From Candidatus Latescibacterota bacterium (GTDB lineage Bacteria > Latescibacterota > UBA2968 > GCA-2709665), in NCBI GenBank assembly GCA_965219455.1, contig OZ244744.1:2048001-2112000 (forward strand): a DNA stretch of 64,000 nt, read 5' to 3'. The translations under genes were made by a program, and so were the position numbers. The notes under the pieces were generated by a model that had not been told where the DNA came from, ran no database searches, and saw only the letters and a program-made list of their open reading frames with translations. Shown here in pieces: positions 1-9,700 of this stretch (position 1 is the stretch's first letter; the number at the start of each line of letters is the position of its first letter).

Positions 1-2
1 GC

Positions 3-416
3 GCATATTACGATTCAAGAACCCCAGAGCGCCAAGGACAGACCCTTCAGTTTTGGGAATTACTTTTACCAGATTTTGAGGCGGTTATTTCAAGCGCTGT
101 CTTGTCAGAAATTCGCGGCACTCCAGATGCTGAAAGAAGAAGGTAATTGGAAAACCTCGTAATGGAATTCGGAGTTTTGGTGTTCGATGAAGAAGCCGAT
201 ACTCTGGCTCAAGAATATGTCCGAAGGGGTGTTTTTCCGGAAAAATACATAGATGATGCCAACCACGTTGCTATTGCAGTGACCAATGGAATTGAGTATT
301 TTTGCAGTTGGAACTTCACACATCTCGTAAAAGTAAACACGCGACGCGAAGTTAATACGATCAATGCATTGAAGGGCTATGGACCGATAGAGATTATTGC
401 TCCGCCAGAGTTATAG
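3..416 (+). pseudogene. PIN-domain (VapC-like) toxin, 5'-partial, interrupted by in-frame TAA at 144-146
   Basis: Frame 3 reads AYYDSRTPERQ...VISSAVLSEI...ERRR*LENLV...DANHVAIA...SWNFTHLVK. PIN-like motifs lie on both sides of the stop. Confidence 0.75.
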
Positions 417-426
417 GAGGTCATCC

Positions 427-612
427 ATGAGGGAAGTGACCCAGGCAGAGAAGGAGAAGATCCGGGAGGATGTTCGGAAGGAATTTCCGAATGATGAAAT
501 GATGCAGGAAATACACTTCATTCGGCAAGTACATTATTTACAGACTAAAGATTCATCAATAGAAGAACGCCTTCGCTTTTTTGAAGGTCCAATTCAGAAG
601 ACATCGGTATAG
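427..612 (+). CDS. small hypothetical protein, probable antitoxin partner of the PIN gene
   Basis: AGGAGG at 415-420, ATG at 427, 61 aa, directly downstream of the PIN ORF. Confidence 0.6.
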   Translation: MREVTQAEKEKIREDVRKEFPNDEMMQEIHFIRQVHYLQTKDSSIEERLRFFEGPIQKTSV

Positions 613-687
613 TTGGATAAGAAATTGGCGATGGTGCGTCCGAGATGCGGCAGCCCTCTATCGTTTTATGCGAAGGGGGCTGTCAGC

Positions 688-798
688 GTATAACACGCAC
701 GGTTAAGCTACGTTCACGGAGTTTATCCTGAGCTTGCCAAGGGCGCGACGGTTTTCGGCAACAACCCGCGCGGGTCCGCAAACCGTGAAACGCTAAAG
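688..798 (+). other. degenerate attC-like site
   Basis: GTATAAC (688-694), inner arms CACGGTT (698-704) / AACCGTG (781-787), then AAAC-GCTAAAG (expected GTTRRRY). The next gene starts 23 bp later. Confidence 0.4.
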
Positions 799-820
799 GA
801 AAAATGGCCCTGGAAGGAAC

Positions 821-1549
821 ATGAAGATCGCGGTACTGACTGATGTCCACGGCAATTTGCCGGCACTACAGGTTGCACTGAAATCAATTCGGCGAGAGGG
901 TGTCGATGCGATTTTTCATACAGGCGATGCCATCGGTATTGGCCCATTCCCGGCAGAATGCCTGGAACTGCTGCTGAGCACGCCTGGTATGAATCTGATT
1001 TGCGGTAATCATGACTCCTGGTTTTCGAGCGGGCTTCCAAGACCATCCAGGATGAGCGACGGCGAGTTGAAACATCAGGAGTGGGTACATTCCTGCCTTG
1101 ATCCATCACTGCGTTATACAGTGAGACAATGGCCGTACCTGATTCAAGATGCGTATAAAGGCGTTCGAATATCGTTTCTTCACTACGGCCTTACAGAGTC
1201 GCAGGTTGACTTCACGTCCGTCATCCAGAACCCTCGTCCTGTGGACCTGGACAAAGTCTTCGCGGATATAAAATCCGATCTCGTATTCTATGGCCACAAT
1301 CATTCAGCTTCAGATTTAGTGGGGACGGCCAGATACGTAAATCCCGGTTCTCTGGGCTGCCATTCTGAACCCATTGCGCGGTTCGCCATCCTGGAGTGCG
1401 AGAGAGGGAGATACGAATTGAATCTGCGCCACGTTCCTTACGATGATAGCGCCCTATTCCAGCAGTTTGAAAGTCGCGATGTTCCCGAACGGCATTTCAT
1501 CTATAATACATTCTTCGGTGGACGGAATGCACCAACCCGCCCCGGATGA
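821..1549 (+). CDS. calcineurin-like metallophosphoesterase
   Basis: Motifs DVHGN, GD, GNHD, GHNH, NPGS. Confidence 0.9.
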   Translation: MKIAVLTDVHGNLPALQVALKSIRREGVDAIFHTGDAIGIGPFPAECLELLLSTPGMNLICGNHDSWFSSGLPRPSRMSDGELKHQEWVHSCLDPSLRYTVRQWPYLIQDAYKGVRISFLHYGLTESQVDFTSVIQNPRPVDLDKVFADIKSDLVFYGHNHSASDLVGTARYVNPGSLGCHSEPIARFAILECERGRYELNLRHVPYDDSALFQQFESRDVPERHFIYNTFFGGRNAPTRPG

Positions 1550-1664
1550 GATATCCTCTGACATGGTTGAAGAATGGCAATCAAACGACTGGTGAATCAA
1601 CTACCGAACATAATAGTATCTTTCGCTGAATGACGTCCGGTGCTTTCGGGCATCTGGGAATACC

Positions 1665-2468
1665 ATGACGGTCAATCGTATGCCAGTTCGGATTAAGGCC
1701 TTTTGCGTCGGGCAGGCAAAGTCCGGAACGGCATCTCTCGTCGGCCTGCTTTCAGCCAATTACCGCGCGGCCCATGAACCCGAGCGCCCGGAGTTACTCA
1801 GTATGATACTCCGCGAATCCCGGGGTGAACTCTCCGCCGAGGCCTTCCGTAGGTTTCTCCTTGAGCGTGACGTCCGGCTCAACCTGGAGTATGATGTCTC
1901 GTGGCCAAACCAATTTATCATAGACCATTTGCTGCACGTCTTCCCGGCCTCGAAGTTCATCGTTCTCATTCGCGACAGCTATACGTGGCTCCAATCGGCC
2001 ATCGGGCACGTCATCAGCCGGGAGATGCCCTCTGAAATCTTAAACTTTCTCCCCTGGTGGATCAAACCGGAACGCTATCCCCACTCGCGTCAGGATCGCG
2101 CGCTTGCAGAGCGCGGGCTTTTTTCTATTGCGGCCTACCTGCACGCCTGGAACGGGCATGTCGACAGGTGCACCCGGCTGATCCCTGAGGACCGGCGGCT
2201 TTTACTTCGGACCCATGAACTGGCTCGTTCGCATGGGCGATTGGCGGACTTCCTGGAAATACCCGAGGATTCACTCGACGCCGACAAAGGGCATCAAAAC
2301 AGCAGCACCTGGCCGGACCGGATCGAGTCCCTCGTCGATCCGTTCTACATCGACGAGATGGTCCAATCGATATGTGCAGACAACATGGCCCGTCATTTTC
2401 CTGAAATAAGAAGAGCTCAGGATGTGTCGCGGCTATGGGAAGCCGTGCCGCGTGAGCCTGCGACCTGA
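1665..2468 (+). CDS. sulfotransferase-family protein
   Basis: N-terminal PAPS-binding loop GQAKSGTASL; FPASKFIVLIRD..WLQS pattern. Confidence 0.7.
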   Translation: MTVNRMPVRIKAFCVGQAKSGTASLVGLLSANYRAAHEPERPELLSMILRESRGELSAEAFRRFLLERDVRLNLEYDVSWPNQFIIDHLLHVFPASKFIVLIRDSYTWLQSAIGHVISREMPSEILNFLPWWIKPERYPHSRQDRALAERGLFSIAAYLHAWNGHVDRCTRLIPEDRRLLLRTHELARSHGRLADFLEIPEDSLDADKGHQNSSTWPDRIESLVDPFYIDEMVQSICADNMARHFPEIRRAQDVSRLWEAVPREPAT

Positions 2469-2524
2469 TCCGGGTTCGCGAACGGCCGGACCGTTTTTCA
2501 AAATGCAGGAAAACGAGTAAAACA

Positions 2525-3307
2525 ATGGTCCGTACTGCGGTTCAAACGATTCTATTCGATCTTGACGAAACCCTCATTCTCGAAAAACCGGTCGCGATCA
2601 GAGCTCTCGAGCAGACCGGTCAACGCGCGCATGATGAAGCGGATGTGCCGCCGTCTCAACTCAGGGAGGCTGTTCTTGAGCGCGCCGGCGAAATCTGGCG
2701 CTCTACGCCGGTAATCGACTACTGCCGCCGCGTCGGTATCAGTTCCTGGGAAGGCTTGTGGTGCGAGTTCGCCGGGGAAAATGAGAACCTCGTCTGGCTG
2801 CGTGAGTGGTCACCAAAGTACCGGTTTGAGACGTGGTCACGGGCGCTGAACGACATGGGTGTCGATGACGAGCGGCTGGCTCGAACCCTTGCCGACGATT
2901 TCGTTGAGATCCGGAGAGGCCTTTTCGAGCACTTTCCGGAGACTATCGCAATTCTAGGAGACCTCAAAGGAGCCGTGCGTTTGGTTCTGGCCACCAATGG
3001 AGCGTCCGATCTTCAGAGACTGAAGCTCGAGACAAGTGGTCTGGCGGGTTATTTTGACGACGTTCTTGTCTCGGGAGACATCGGATTCGCCAAACCCCAT
3101 CCTCATTTCTTTGAGAACGCGCTTCGACTTGCGGATGCCGGCCCGGAGGAAACACTGATGGTAGGAGACAGTCTACAAAAAGACGTTGGCGGAGCGCAAA
3201 AGGCCGGAATCAGGGGAATCTGGGTGAATCGGAAAGACAGGGAACCCGTCGAGGTCCAGCCATTCGCGGAAATCAGCAACCTGCTGGCGTTGCGCAGCTT
3301 CATTTGA
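2525..3307 (+). CDS. HAD-superfamily hydrolase
   Basis: FDLDETL, TNG, KP and GDSLQKD motifs. Confidence 0.9.
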   Translation: MVRTAVQTILFDLDETLILEKPVAIRALEQTGQRAHDEADVPPSQLREAVLERAGEIWRSTPVIDYCRRVGISSWEGLWCEFAGENENLVWLREWSPKYRFETWSRALNDMGVDDERLARTLADDFVEIRRGLFEHFPETIAILGDLKGAVRLVLATNGASDLQRLKLETSGLAGYFDDVLVSGDIGFAKPHPHFFENALRLADAGPEETLMVGDSLQKDVGGAQKAGIRGIWVNRKDREPVEVQPFAEISNLLALRSFI

Positions 3308-3348
3308 GCGCGCAAGCCGCTCATCAGGCTCACGATGGAACATCTGGC

Positions 3349-3510
3349 ATGAATAAGCGCGACTTTGATCAACTGGCAGCCAGCGTCCAGCAGGCCGGAG
3401 CAATCAAGCGCGGCAAGTTGAAGCCAGGGCGCACGACGCACATGGTCCCCGCCGATATCAGGATGATCCGAAAGAGACTGGATAGGTCTCAACAGGAACC
3501 GTTTTCTTAA
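3349..3510 (+). pseudogene. truncated HigA-2/NadS-like HTH antitoxin
   Basis: MNKRDFDQLAASVQQAGAIKRG...DIRMIRKRLDRSQQE resembles the N-terminus of this family but ends at the start of the HTH. No toxin gene upstream. Confidence 0.6.
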
Positions 3511-3522
3511 ATCGAGACATGA

Positions 3523-4332
3523 ATGAGCAAGTACGTCAGAAACTTCTACGACTCAGCGCAGGAACGCGAGTGGGAACGGTTGGAAACGGGGCTTTCGCGA
3601 ATCGAGTTCGCATCCACCCTGCGACTCATCGAGAAATACTTTCCGGACAGCGGCGCCGTATGTGACATCGGGAGCGGACCGGGCCGTTACTCTATCGAGC
3701 TCGCCAAACGAGGGTACCAGGTGACGCTTTTGGACCTTTCCGGGAAGCTGCTGGAGAGAGCAGAGCAGGCGTTTGCTTCAGGAGGAATCAGTGCGAAACA
3801 GTTTGTTCAAGGAGATGCATGCGATCTGAACCTCTTTGAGGACGAATCATTCGATGCCGCCCTCCTTCTCGGTCCTCTTTATCACCTGATCGAGAGGGGT
3901 GATCGGTCTCAGGCCTTGAGCGAGATGATTCGCATTCTGAAACCGGGCGGCCGGGCAATTGTCGCCTTTCTCAATTCGTGGGGCTTACTCAGAAGCGGAA
4001 TAGTCGGTTTCCCACAGCGCTTCAGCAATCCCGACTTTCTGCGGAGCATGCTCGGTGAAAAGACGTTTGAAGATCATGAACGCTCCGGTTTCACGGAAAG
4101 TCACTGGTCCAACCCCGAGATCGCTGGCACAGAAATCCAGGATGCAGGGCTGCGAATTGTCAGCTATGCTGGCGTTGAAGGCTTCGTCGGAGGCATGGCT
4201 CCACTACTTGAGTCGCTCAGGAAGAATGAACCGGCGGCATACGAAAACGTTCTGGAATTCGCGGCGGAAACGTCGGAACTGCCCCAGTTCAGAGATGCAA
4301 CAAACCATGTGCACTTCGTCGTGGAGAAGTAG
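3523..4332 (+). CDS. class I SAM-dependent methyltransferase
   Basis: DIGSGPGRY motif I, GDACDL, LLGPLYHL, LKPGG. Confidence 0.9.
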   Translation: MSKYVRNFYDSAQEREWERLETGLSRIEFASTLRLIEKYFPDSGAVCDIGSGPGRYSIELAKRGYQVTLLDLSGKLLERAEQAFASGGISAKQFVQGDACDLNLFEDESFDAALLLGPLYHLIERGDRSQALSEMIRILKPGGRAIVAFLNSWGLLRSGIVGFPQRFSNPDFLRSMLGEKTFEDHERSGFTESHWSNPEIAGTEIQDAGLRIVSYAGVEGFVGGMAPLLESLRKNEPAAYENVLEFAAETSELPQFRDATNHVHFVVEK

Positions 4333-4487
4333 CGCACGTTGGCCCGATATCTTGATATCGACCAGAAACAGGCGCTCAGTACCGGGTCATAATATCGCTT
4401 TACAAGGAGACATCGAAACGGGTAGAACCGCCGTACGTGCAAGCCGCCGTCTATGGTCTTTTTCGATCTTCGGATGTTGTTTTTTTC

Positions 4488-4516
4488 TTGACAATTGTAC
4501 CAAATTTGGTACAATT
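4488..4516 (+). promoter_or_regulatory. sigma70-type promoter overlapped by a 24-bp perfect palindromic operator
   Basis: TTGACA 4488-4493, TACAAT 4510-4515 (16-bp spacer); palindrome AATTGTACCAAATTTGGTACAATT at 4493-4516. Confidence 0.8.
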
Positions 4517-4522
4517 ACAGTT

Positions 4523-4873
4523 ATGAACAGACACAGACCACTACCCGTTCGCTTCTACTGTACGACGATGGGACATGAACCGGTTAGAACGTGGCTGCGC
4601 AGGCTGGATCGCGAGGCGAAGAGGATCATTGGTACGGACATCAAGACCGTTCAATACCGGTGGCCTCTTGGAATGCCGCTGGTCCGAAAGCTCCAGAACG
4701 ATCTATGGGAGGTCCGTAGCACACTGCCCGATTCTATAGCCCGAGTTGTCTTTACCGTCTACGGTGGCACAATTCTGCTGTTACACGGTTTTATGAAAAA
4801 AAGTCGGAAGACTTCCGCCAGTGATCTCCATTTGGCACGCACCGGGTTAAAGACGCTACGGGAGGTAAAATGA
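4523..4873 (+). CDS. RelE/ParE-superfamily (Gp49/DUF891-like) toxin
   Basis: EPVRTWL, WPLGMPLVRKL..LWEVRS, LLHGFMKKS motifs; ATG at 4523. Confidence 0.85.
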   Translation: MNRHRPLPVRFYCTTMGHEPVRTWLRRLDREAKRIIGTDIKTVQYRWPLGMPLVRKLQNDLWEVRSTLPDSIARVVFTVYGGTILLLHGFMKKSRKTSASDLHLARTGLKTLREVK

Positions 4874-5148
4874 GTAAACATGTCGGCAGCAGCTTTGACG
4901 ATTTCCTGATTGAAGAGGACCTTCTCGGTGAAGCGGAGGCTGCGGCAACGAAACGCGTTATCGCTTACCAGTTGAGTCAGTTCATGGAGGAGAACAAGCT
5001 GTCCAAGTCGGCGATGGCCAGACGCATGCAGACCAGTCGTTCGGCACTGGACCGTCTGCTTGACTCGTCCAATCCCTCCGTAACGCTGCGGACAATGGAC
5101 CGCGCGGCGCGTGCGCTGGGAAAGCAACTCCGCATCGTCCTGACCTGA
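4870..5148 (+). CDS. XRE/HTH antitoxin
   Basis: HVGSSFDDFL N-terminus, SKSAMARRMQTSRSALDRLLD HTH; 4-bp overlap with the toxin. Confidence 0.85.
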   Translation: MSKHVGSSFDDFLIEEDLLGEAEAAATKRVIAYQLSQFMEENKLSKSAMARRMQTSRSALDRLLDSSNPSVTLRTMDRAARALGKQLRIVLT

Positions 5149-5253
5149 TTTCGCAATGTGACGAGTCCGGTACGTCTCTGCATACTTTCGCGGCGCCTGT
5201 CAGCGCACGACTGGCCGATACGCGAAAATCGGCATTGACACATCCCCCTTTCT

Positions 5254-5928
5254 ATGAGTCATTCCGTCCGCAGCCATCTTCGTCTTGAGGTCGATGCCTA
5301 CGACGAGACCATCCGCCGGTTCATCCCGGGCTACGAGGAAGGCCTGAACAGGATCGCCGGCGAAGTCGCCGCAATCCGCCCGGCCCTCGTGCTGGACCTC
5401 GGAACGGGAACGGGGGCCCTGGCCGAAGCGATGCTCGAGCACGAACGCGTAGGCGCCGTGGAAGCCATCGACGTCGATCCGAAGATGCTGGACCGGGCGC
5501 GCATCCGGCTGCTGCGTTTCGGGACCCGCGTGCGTTTCCGCGAATGTTCTTTCGAAGCACCCCTACCCGCGTGCAACGCCGTGGCCGCCTGCCTTGCCCT
5601 GCACCACATTCCGGCGATGCGACGCAAGCGTGCCCTGTACGAGCACATTTTCCGGTCGCTCCGTCCCGGCGGGGTGTTCGTGACCACAGACGTGACGATG
5701 ACCGCGGACCCGGAGGATCGTGAGAGGTGCTACCGTATCTGGACGGCCCACCTCGTTTCACGGGGCATCGACGAAAAGCGCGCCCGTGAGCATTTCGACG
5801 AGTGGGCCTCCGAAGATACCTACTTCCCGGTCGGCGAAGAACTCGCTGCCATGCGTGAAGCCGGATTTGACGCCGAATGCGCCTGGAAGGACCCGCCGAA
5901 CACGCTCCTGGTGGGACGCAAGAAATAG
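5254..5928 (+). CDS. class I SAM-dependent methyltransferase
   Basis: LDLGTGTG, ALHH, LRPGG. Confidence 0.9.
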   Translation: MSHSVRSHLRLEVDAYDETIRRFIPGYEEGLNRIAGEVAAIRPALVLDLGTGTGALAEAMLEHERVGAVEAIDVDPKMLDRARIRLLRFGTRVRFRECSFEAPLPACNAVAACLALHHIPAMRRKRALYEHIFRSLRPGGVFVTTDVTMTADPEDRERCYRIWTAHLVSRGIDEKRAREHFDEWASEDTYFPVGEELAAMREAGFDAECAWKDPPNTLLVGRKK

Positions 5929-6056
5929 GACATCGGGGCGGGGCTCGATTTGAGACTCGCTCGACACGGCACAAAATACTCGGGGAGCATACCAGCCACC
6001 AGAACGACCCATCCCGACTTCAGGGTTCAATTCGTCGAAACCCATGTTGAGAGCCC

Positions 6057-7094
6057 ATGAACGAACATCCTCTCCGTTTTCTGCACGCCGCCAGACTGGC
6101 CCTGGAAAACTACGATGTAGGGGAAGTCGACATCGACGAGAAAAAAGAGGTGGGCCATATAGGCTTTTCCGGTTACCACATGGTCAAGTTCCGTGCAGAC
6201 GGGGCATCTGGCAGTTTCCTCATCACCGTGTATTATGCCGACGGGGACCGGGACATCCATAACTATCGAACATCGATCCATTCCCACCTTCTCTGGCTCG
6301 AAGCCTTGGACCGCGACACCGATCTGGTCATTCAGAAACCCATCCGTAGCGGGTCAGGCGACTTTATCACCGACGTCCAGTCCAATGCCGAAAATTCCTT
6401 TCTCGTCACGCTTCTGTGCTGGGTCGAAGGTGAGTTGGTCTGGGACAACTACGGGGATGAATTGTTCGTTGACCTGCCGTCGGGAATACTTCACAAAGTG
6501 GGATCGGTCCTTGGCAAACTCCACCGGCACAGCAGTCAGTGGACCCCTCCCGAAAGCTTCTTTCGTCCCGGGAGCGAATCTGAAAAACTGCAAATCGACC
6601 TGAATCGTCTGCGTCCTGCTGCAGACGACGGTCGCATCCGCGCCCGTGATTTCACGGTTCTGGAACGGGCTGTGTGCCACATCATCGAACATGCCGCGCT
6701 AATGGAAAGGTCACCGGAATTCAGGGGATTGCTTCACGGGGATTTCTCGTGCGGCAACAGCATCGTACATCGGGACGAGATCCGTCCCATCGATTTTGAC
6801 TGGTGTCGGTTCGGGTACTTTATGGCCGACGTGGGATGGTGCTTCGCCGTGAACCCCATGAATGCTGCGCTTTGTCAAGCTTTTCTCAACGGTTACAGGC
6901 AACAACACGCGCTACCCGACAATTATCTACAGATTATCGAAAGTTTCTTTATCGAGTCCTGCATTCGCCTGCTGTCTTGGCGCGCAATGGATCCGGAAGA
7001 GGAATTCCCGACACTGTCCCGCTTCGGGGAAGGCGCCTGCCGGAAATATCTCGAAGGCGAACCGTTCGTCCTTGAATGGATGGAGGACGTCTGA
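6057..7094 (+). CDS. APH/homoserine kinase type II-like phosphotransferase
   Basis: LHGDF..N and IDFD motifs. Confidence 0.85.
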   Translation: MNEHPLRFLHAARLALENYDVGEVDIDEKKEVGHIGFSGYHMVKFRADGASGSFLITVYYADGDRDIHNYRTSIHSHLLWLEALDRDTDLVIQKPIRSGSGDFITDVQSNAENSFLVTLLCWVEGELVWDNYGDELFVDLPSGILHKVGSVLGKLHRHSSQWTPPESFFRPGSESEKLQIDLNRLRPAADDGRIRARDFTVLERAVCHIIEHAALMERSPEFRGLLHGDFSCGNSIVHRDEIRPIDFDWCRFGYFMADVGWCFAVNPMNAALCQAFLNGYRQQHALPDNYLQIIESFFIESCIRLLSWRAMDPEEEFPTLSRFGEGACRKYLEGEPFVLEWMEDV

Positions 7095-7151
7095 ATATGG
7101 GGTACAGGACCAGACTAATATCGCACGACGCCCGTCGGCGTCGTGAATTAC

Positions 7152-7176
7152 GGGCAGGATTGAAACCTGCCCCTAC
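7152..7176. repeat. GTAG-type REP-like palindrome
   Basis: GGGCAGG-attgaaa-CCTGCCC-CTAC; adjacent hairpin CACGACGCC/GGCGTCGTG at 7124-7145. Confidence 0.6.
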
Positions 7177-7239
7177 GGCTGAAGTGTATGCCCGCGTCAC
7201 ACACCGGCTTCGAGCCAGTATTGACCAGGAGGTGGGGCG

Positions 7240-7893
7240 ATGACAGTGTCCGCAGGTTTCATTCAGGCTTTTTTCCTTCTATCCGTGATGTCACCCATAG
7301 CCGCGGATGATCAGCAGGGATCGGAGGGGGATTACGGTCGTGCCCGGATTGGCGGCATGAGGGGCTCAATCAAGTGGGTATCCTTGCTTCACGGCGAGGG
7401 TCTGGAGGGCTGGCGGCCAGGCGACGACAGGGTATGGTCCCGGGAGGGAGACGCCGTAATCGCAAAAGCGGGAGGACAGGATGATGCCACCAGGCTCGTC
7501 AAGGGAGACAGTACGTGGTCACACTATGAGTTCAAGGTCCAGGTTACGCTGGTTAAAGGCGCCAACGTGCAGATCCGCTTCGGCATAACCGAAGAGAGCC
7601 GGGAGTATATGGTCGATTATCTCGGTGGCTGGAAGGCGCTGGCGATCAGCACCTACGAGCGCGGCAAACGCGGCGTCACCAAGCTGGACGTCATCAATCT
7701 GGTCCTCGAGCGAGGACGGGAATACGATCTGGTTCTGGCGGTTCGAGGATATTCCGTTACCACCTACGTAAACGGTAAGCTCGTCAACCGGTTGACGCTC
7801 GAGACGAATCCGAATGGAGCGGTTGCGCTGGGCACCTGGGGGCACCACGCGGTTGCTCGATTCAGGGATCCGAAAATCAGACACTACAACTGA
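7240..7893 (+). CDS. DUF1080 (3-keto-disaccharide hydrolase-like) secreted protein
   Basis: Signal-peptide-like N-terminus; WVSL..GEGLEGW, VNG, G.VAL, RFRDPKIR patterns. Confidence 0.7.
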   Translation: MTVSAGFIQAFFLLSVMSPIAADDQQGSEGDYGRARIGGMRGSIKWVSLLHGEGLEGWRPGDDRVWSREGDAVIAKAGGQDDATRLVKGDSTWSHYEFKVQVTLVKGANVQIRFGITEESREYMVDYLGGWKALAISTYERGKRGVTKLDVINLVLERGREYDLVLAVRGYSVTTYVNGKLVNRLTLETNPNGAVALGTWGHHAVARFRDPKIRHYN

Positions 7894-8110
7894 CACGCAA
7901 TGCCCCAAACGGTTCAGCAGGAAATGACTGGACAGCGGACGCTTAATACCCCAAGACCCGGTCAAAGATCGCAAAGTGCCCAACGGAAGGATATCCCAAG
8001 GTCAAGAGGAATGCGGCGGCGGCAGATGTGATCCGTGAAGAATGTGGAAGGACCGTCGCACAGAACGTATCTTCTCAATCTCGAATCTGATTCAAACTAT
8101 GGAGCGCTTT

Positions 8111-8749
8111 ATGTCAAATACCGACGCCGCCCAACGCCATGCTTCATTTGTAGAGATAACCGACGACCCGAACCTGCCGGACGTTCTCCTGATCGGAGAT
8201 TCGATTTCGATGGGGTATACGATCCCGACTCGAGAACGCCTCAAAGGCAGGGCAAACGTCCACCGACCGGCTGACAATTGCGGACCGACCAGCCGCGGAC
8301 TGGCGCAGTTGGACGAATGGCTGGGCAATCGGAAGTGGGACGTCATTCACTTCAATTTTGGCTTGCATGACCTGAAATACGTCGATTCCCGGGGCGGACT
8401 CGCCGAAGCCGGAAGAGGGAGATTGTCCACGTCCATCGACCAGTATAAGGAAAATCTGGGGAAGCTGGTTGAAAGGCTGAAGGCGACGGGAGCGAAGCTG
8501 ATCTGGGCGACAACGACCCCCGTACCAGCGGGCGCGAATGGTCGAAGGATGGGAGACGCAGCGGAATATAACGCCGCCGCGACTGAAATCGTGAACGAAC
8601 CTGGCATTACAGTCAACGATCTCCATGCTTTCGCCCTGCCGCGACTGAAGGAACTTCAGCTGCCAGAAAACGTGCACTTCACACAAGAGGGTTCGGAGAT
8701 TCTGGCAGATCTGGTCGCCAGAGCAATTCTGGAGCGCCTGAGCGAATGA
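8111..8749 (+). CDS. SGNH/GDSL hydrolase
   Basis: GDSIS, NFGLHD, NVHF motifs; start chosen at ATG 8111 after GGAG. Confidence 0.85.
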   Translation: MSNTDAAQRHASFVEITDDPNLPDVLLIGDSISMGYTIPTRERLKGRANVHRPADNCGPTSRGLAQLDEWLGNRKWDVIHFNFGLHDLKYVDSRGGLAEAGRGRLSTSIDQYKENLGKLVERLKATGAKLIWATTTPVPAGANGRRMGDAAEYNAAATEIVNEPGITVNDLHAFALPRLKELQLPENVHFTQEGSEILADLVARAILERLSE

Positions 8750-8811
8750 CGCCGGCGTCCTCTTGCACTCAGAGGAGTTTAAAACGTCGAATTCAAGAGG
8801 CCGTAACTGAT

Positions 8812-9576
8812 ATGGCGACTACATACCCGATTCTGGAATTCGACGATGAACGGGAAGCCGTCATCGAGCCGTCGAAAGTGATCAGGCATCGCGACGTTCC
8901 CGAACGCTGCATTATTTGTTACTTTCCAAGGACAATCGAACACGTGAGACAACAACTGGCGCTACGACCCCTGCGCCCTGTCAAGTGTGTTATGGGCGAG
9001 ATTCCCGTCTATTCAGGCACATATGAAGGACAGAAGCTTGTAATTCTTCCAGGAGCAGTTGGCGCACCCCTCGCTGCCGGCTGCCTTGAGGAAATCATCG
9101 CTCGAGGTGGCCGCAAGTTCATCGTGTGTGGAAGCGCGGGGGTTCTTGACCGTTCGATCGAAAGCGGAAACATCGTTGTACCGACATCCGCCCTGCGGGA
9201 CGAAGGCACATCGTATCACTATCTGCCACCGAGTCGGGAGGTCCATCCGACCCCCGGTGCAGTGGAAGCGGTTTTCGAGACCCTCAAGGCGCATGGCTGC
9301 AGGTACTTCACAGGAAAAACCTGGACTACGGATGCGTTTTACCGGGAGACCAGATCAAGAATAACCAGACGTCGCGGCGATGGATGCGTAACGGTTGAAA
9401 TGGAAGCCGCAGCCTACTTCGCAGTCGCCCAATTTCGCGGCGTTCAATTGGCGCAACTGCTCTATGGATCGGACGACGTCAGCGGCGCCGAATGGGATCC
9501 CAGGAATATGGGAAAAGAGAATTCCGTTAGAGAAGCGCTCTTCTGGCTGGCGTTGAATGCCTGTCTCAGACTTTGA
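8812..9576 (+). CDS. nucleoside phosphorylase (PNP/UDP family)
   Basis: VGAPLAA, RDEGTSYHY, WTTDAFYRET, VEME. Confidence 0.9.
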   Translation: MATTYPILEFDDEREAVIEPSKVIRHRDVPERCIICYFPRTIEHVRQQLALRPLRPVKCVMGEIPVYSGTYEGQKLVILPGAVGAPLAAGCLEEIIARGGRKFIVCGSAGVLDRSIESGNIVVPTSALRDEGTSYHYLPPSREVHPTPGAVEAVFETLKAHGCRYFTGKTWTTDAFYRETRSRITRRRGDGCVTVEMEAAAYFAVAQFRGVQLAQLLYGSDDVSGAEWDPRNMGKENSVREALFWLALNACLRL

Positions 9577-9700
9577 TTGTCAGAGTGTCCTGAACGCAAG
9601 GCCAGTGTTACGCATTTTCGTAAAGTGTCTAATGCGGGTTGCAACGAATTAATGTACTTCGCCCTGTAAATTCCCACGAGACAGCAGGGAGCCCGGATTC

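Noticed and set aside
4055-4522. N-terminal extension of the RelE-like ORF (272 aa in the track)
   Set aside because: It overlaps the methyltransferase and runs through the promoter; the real start is ATG 4523.
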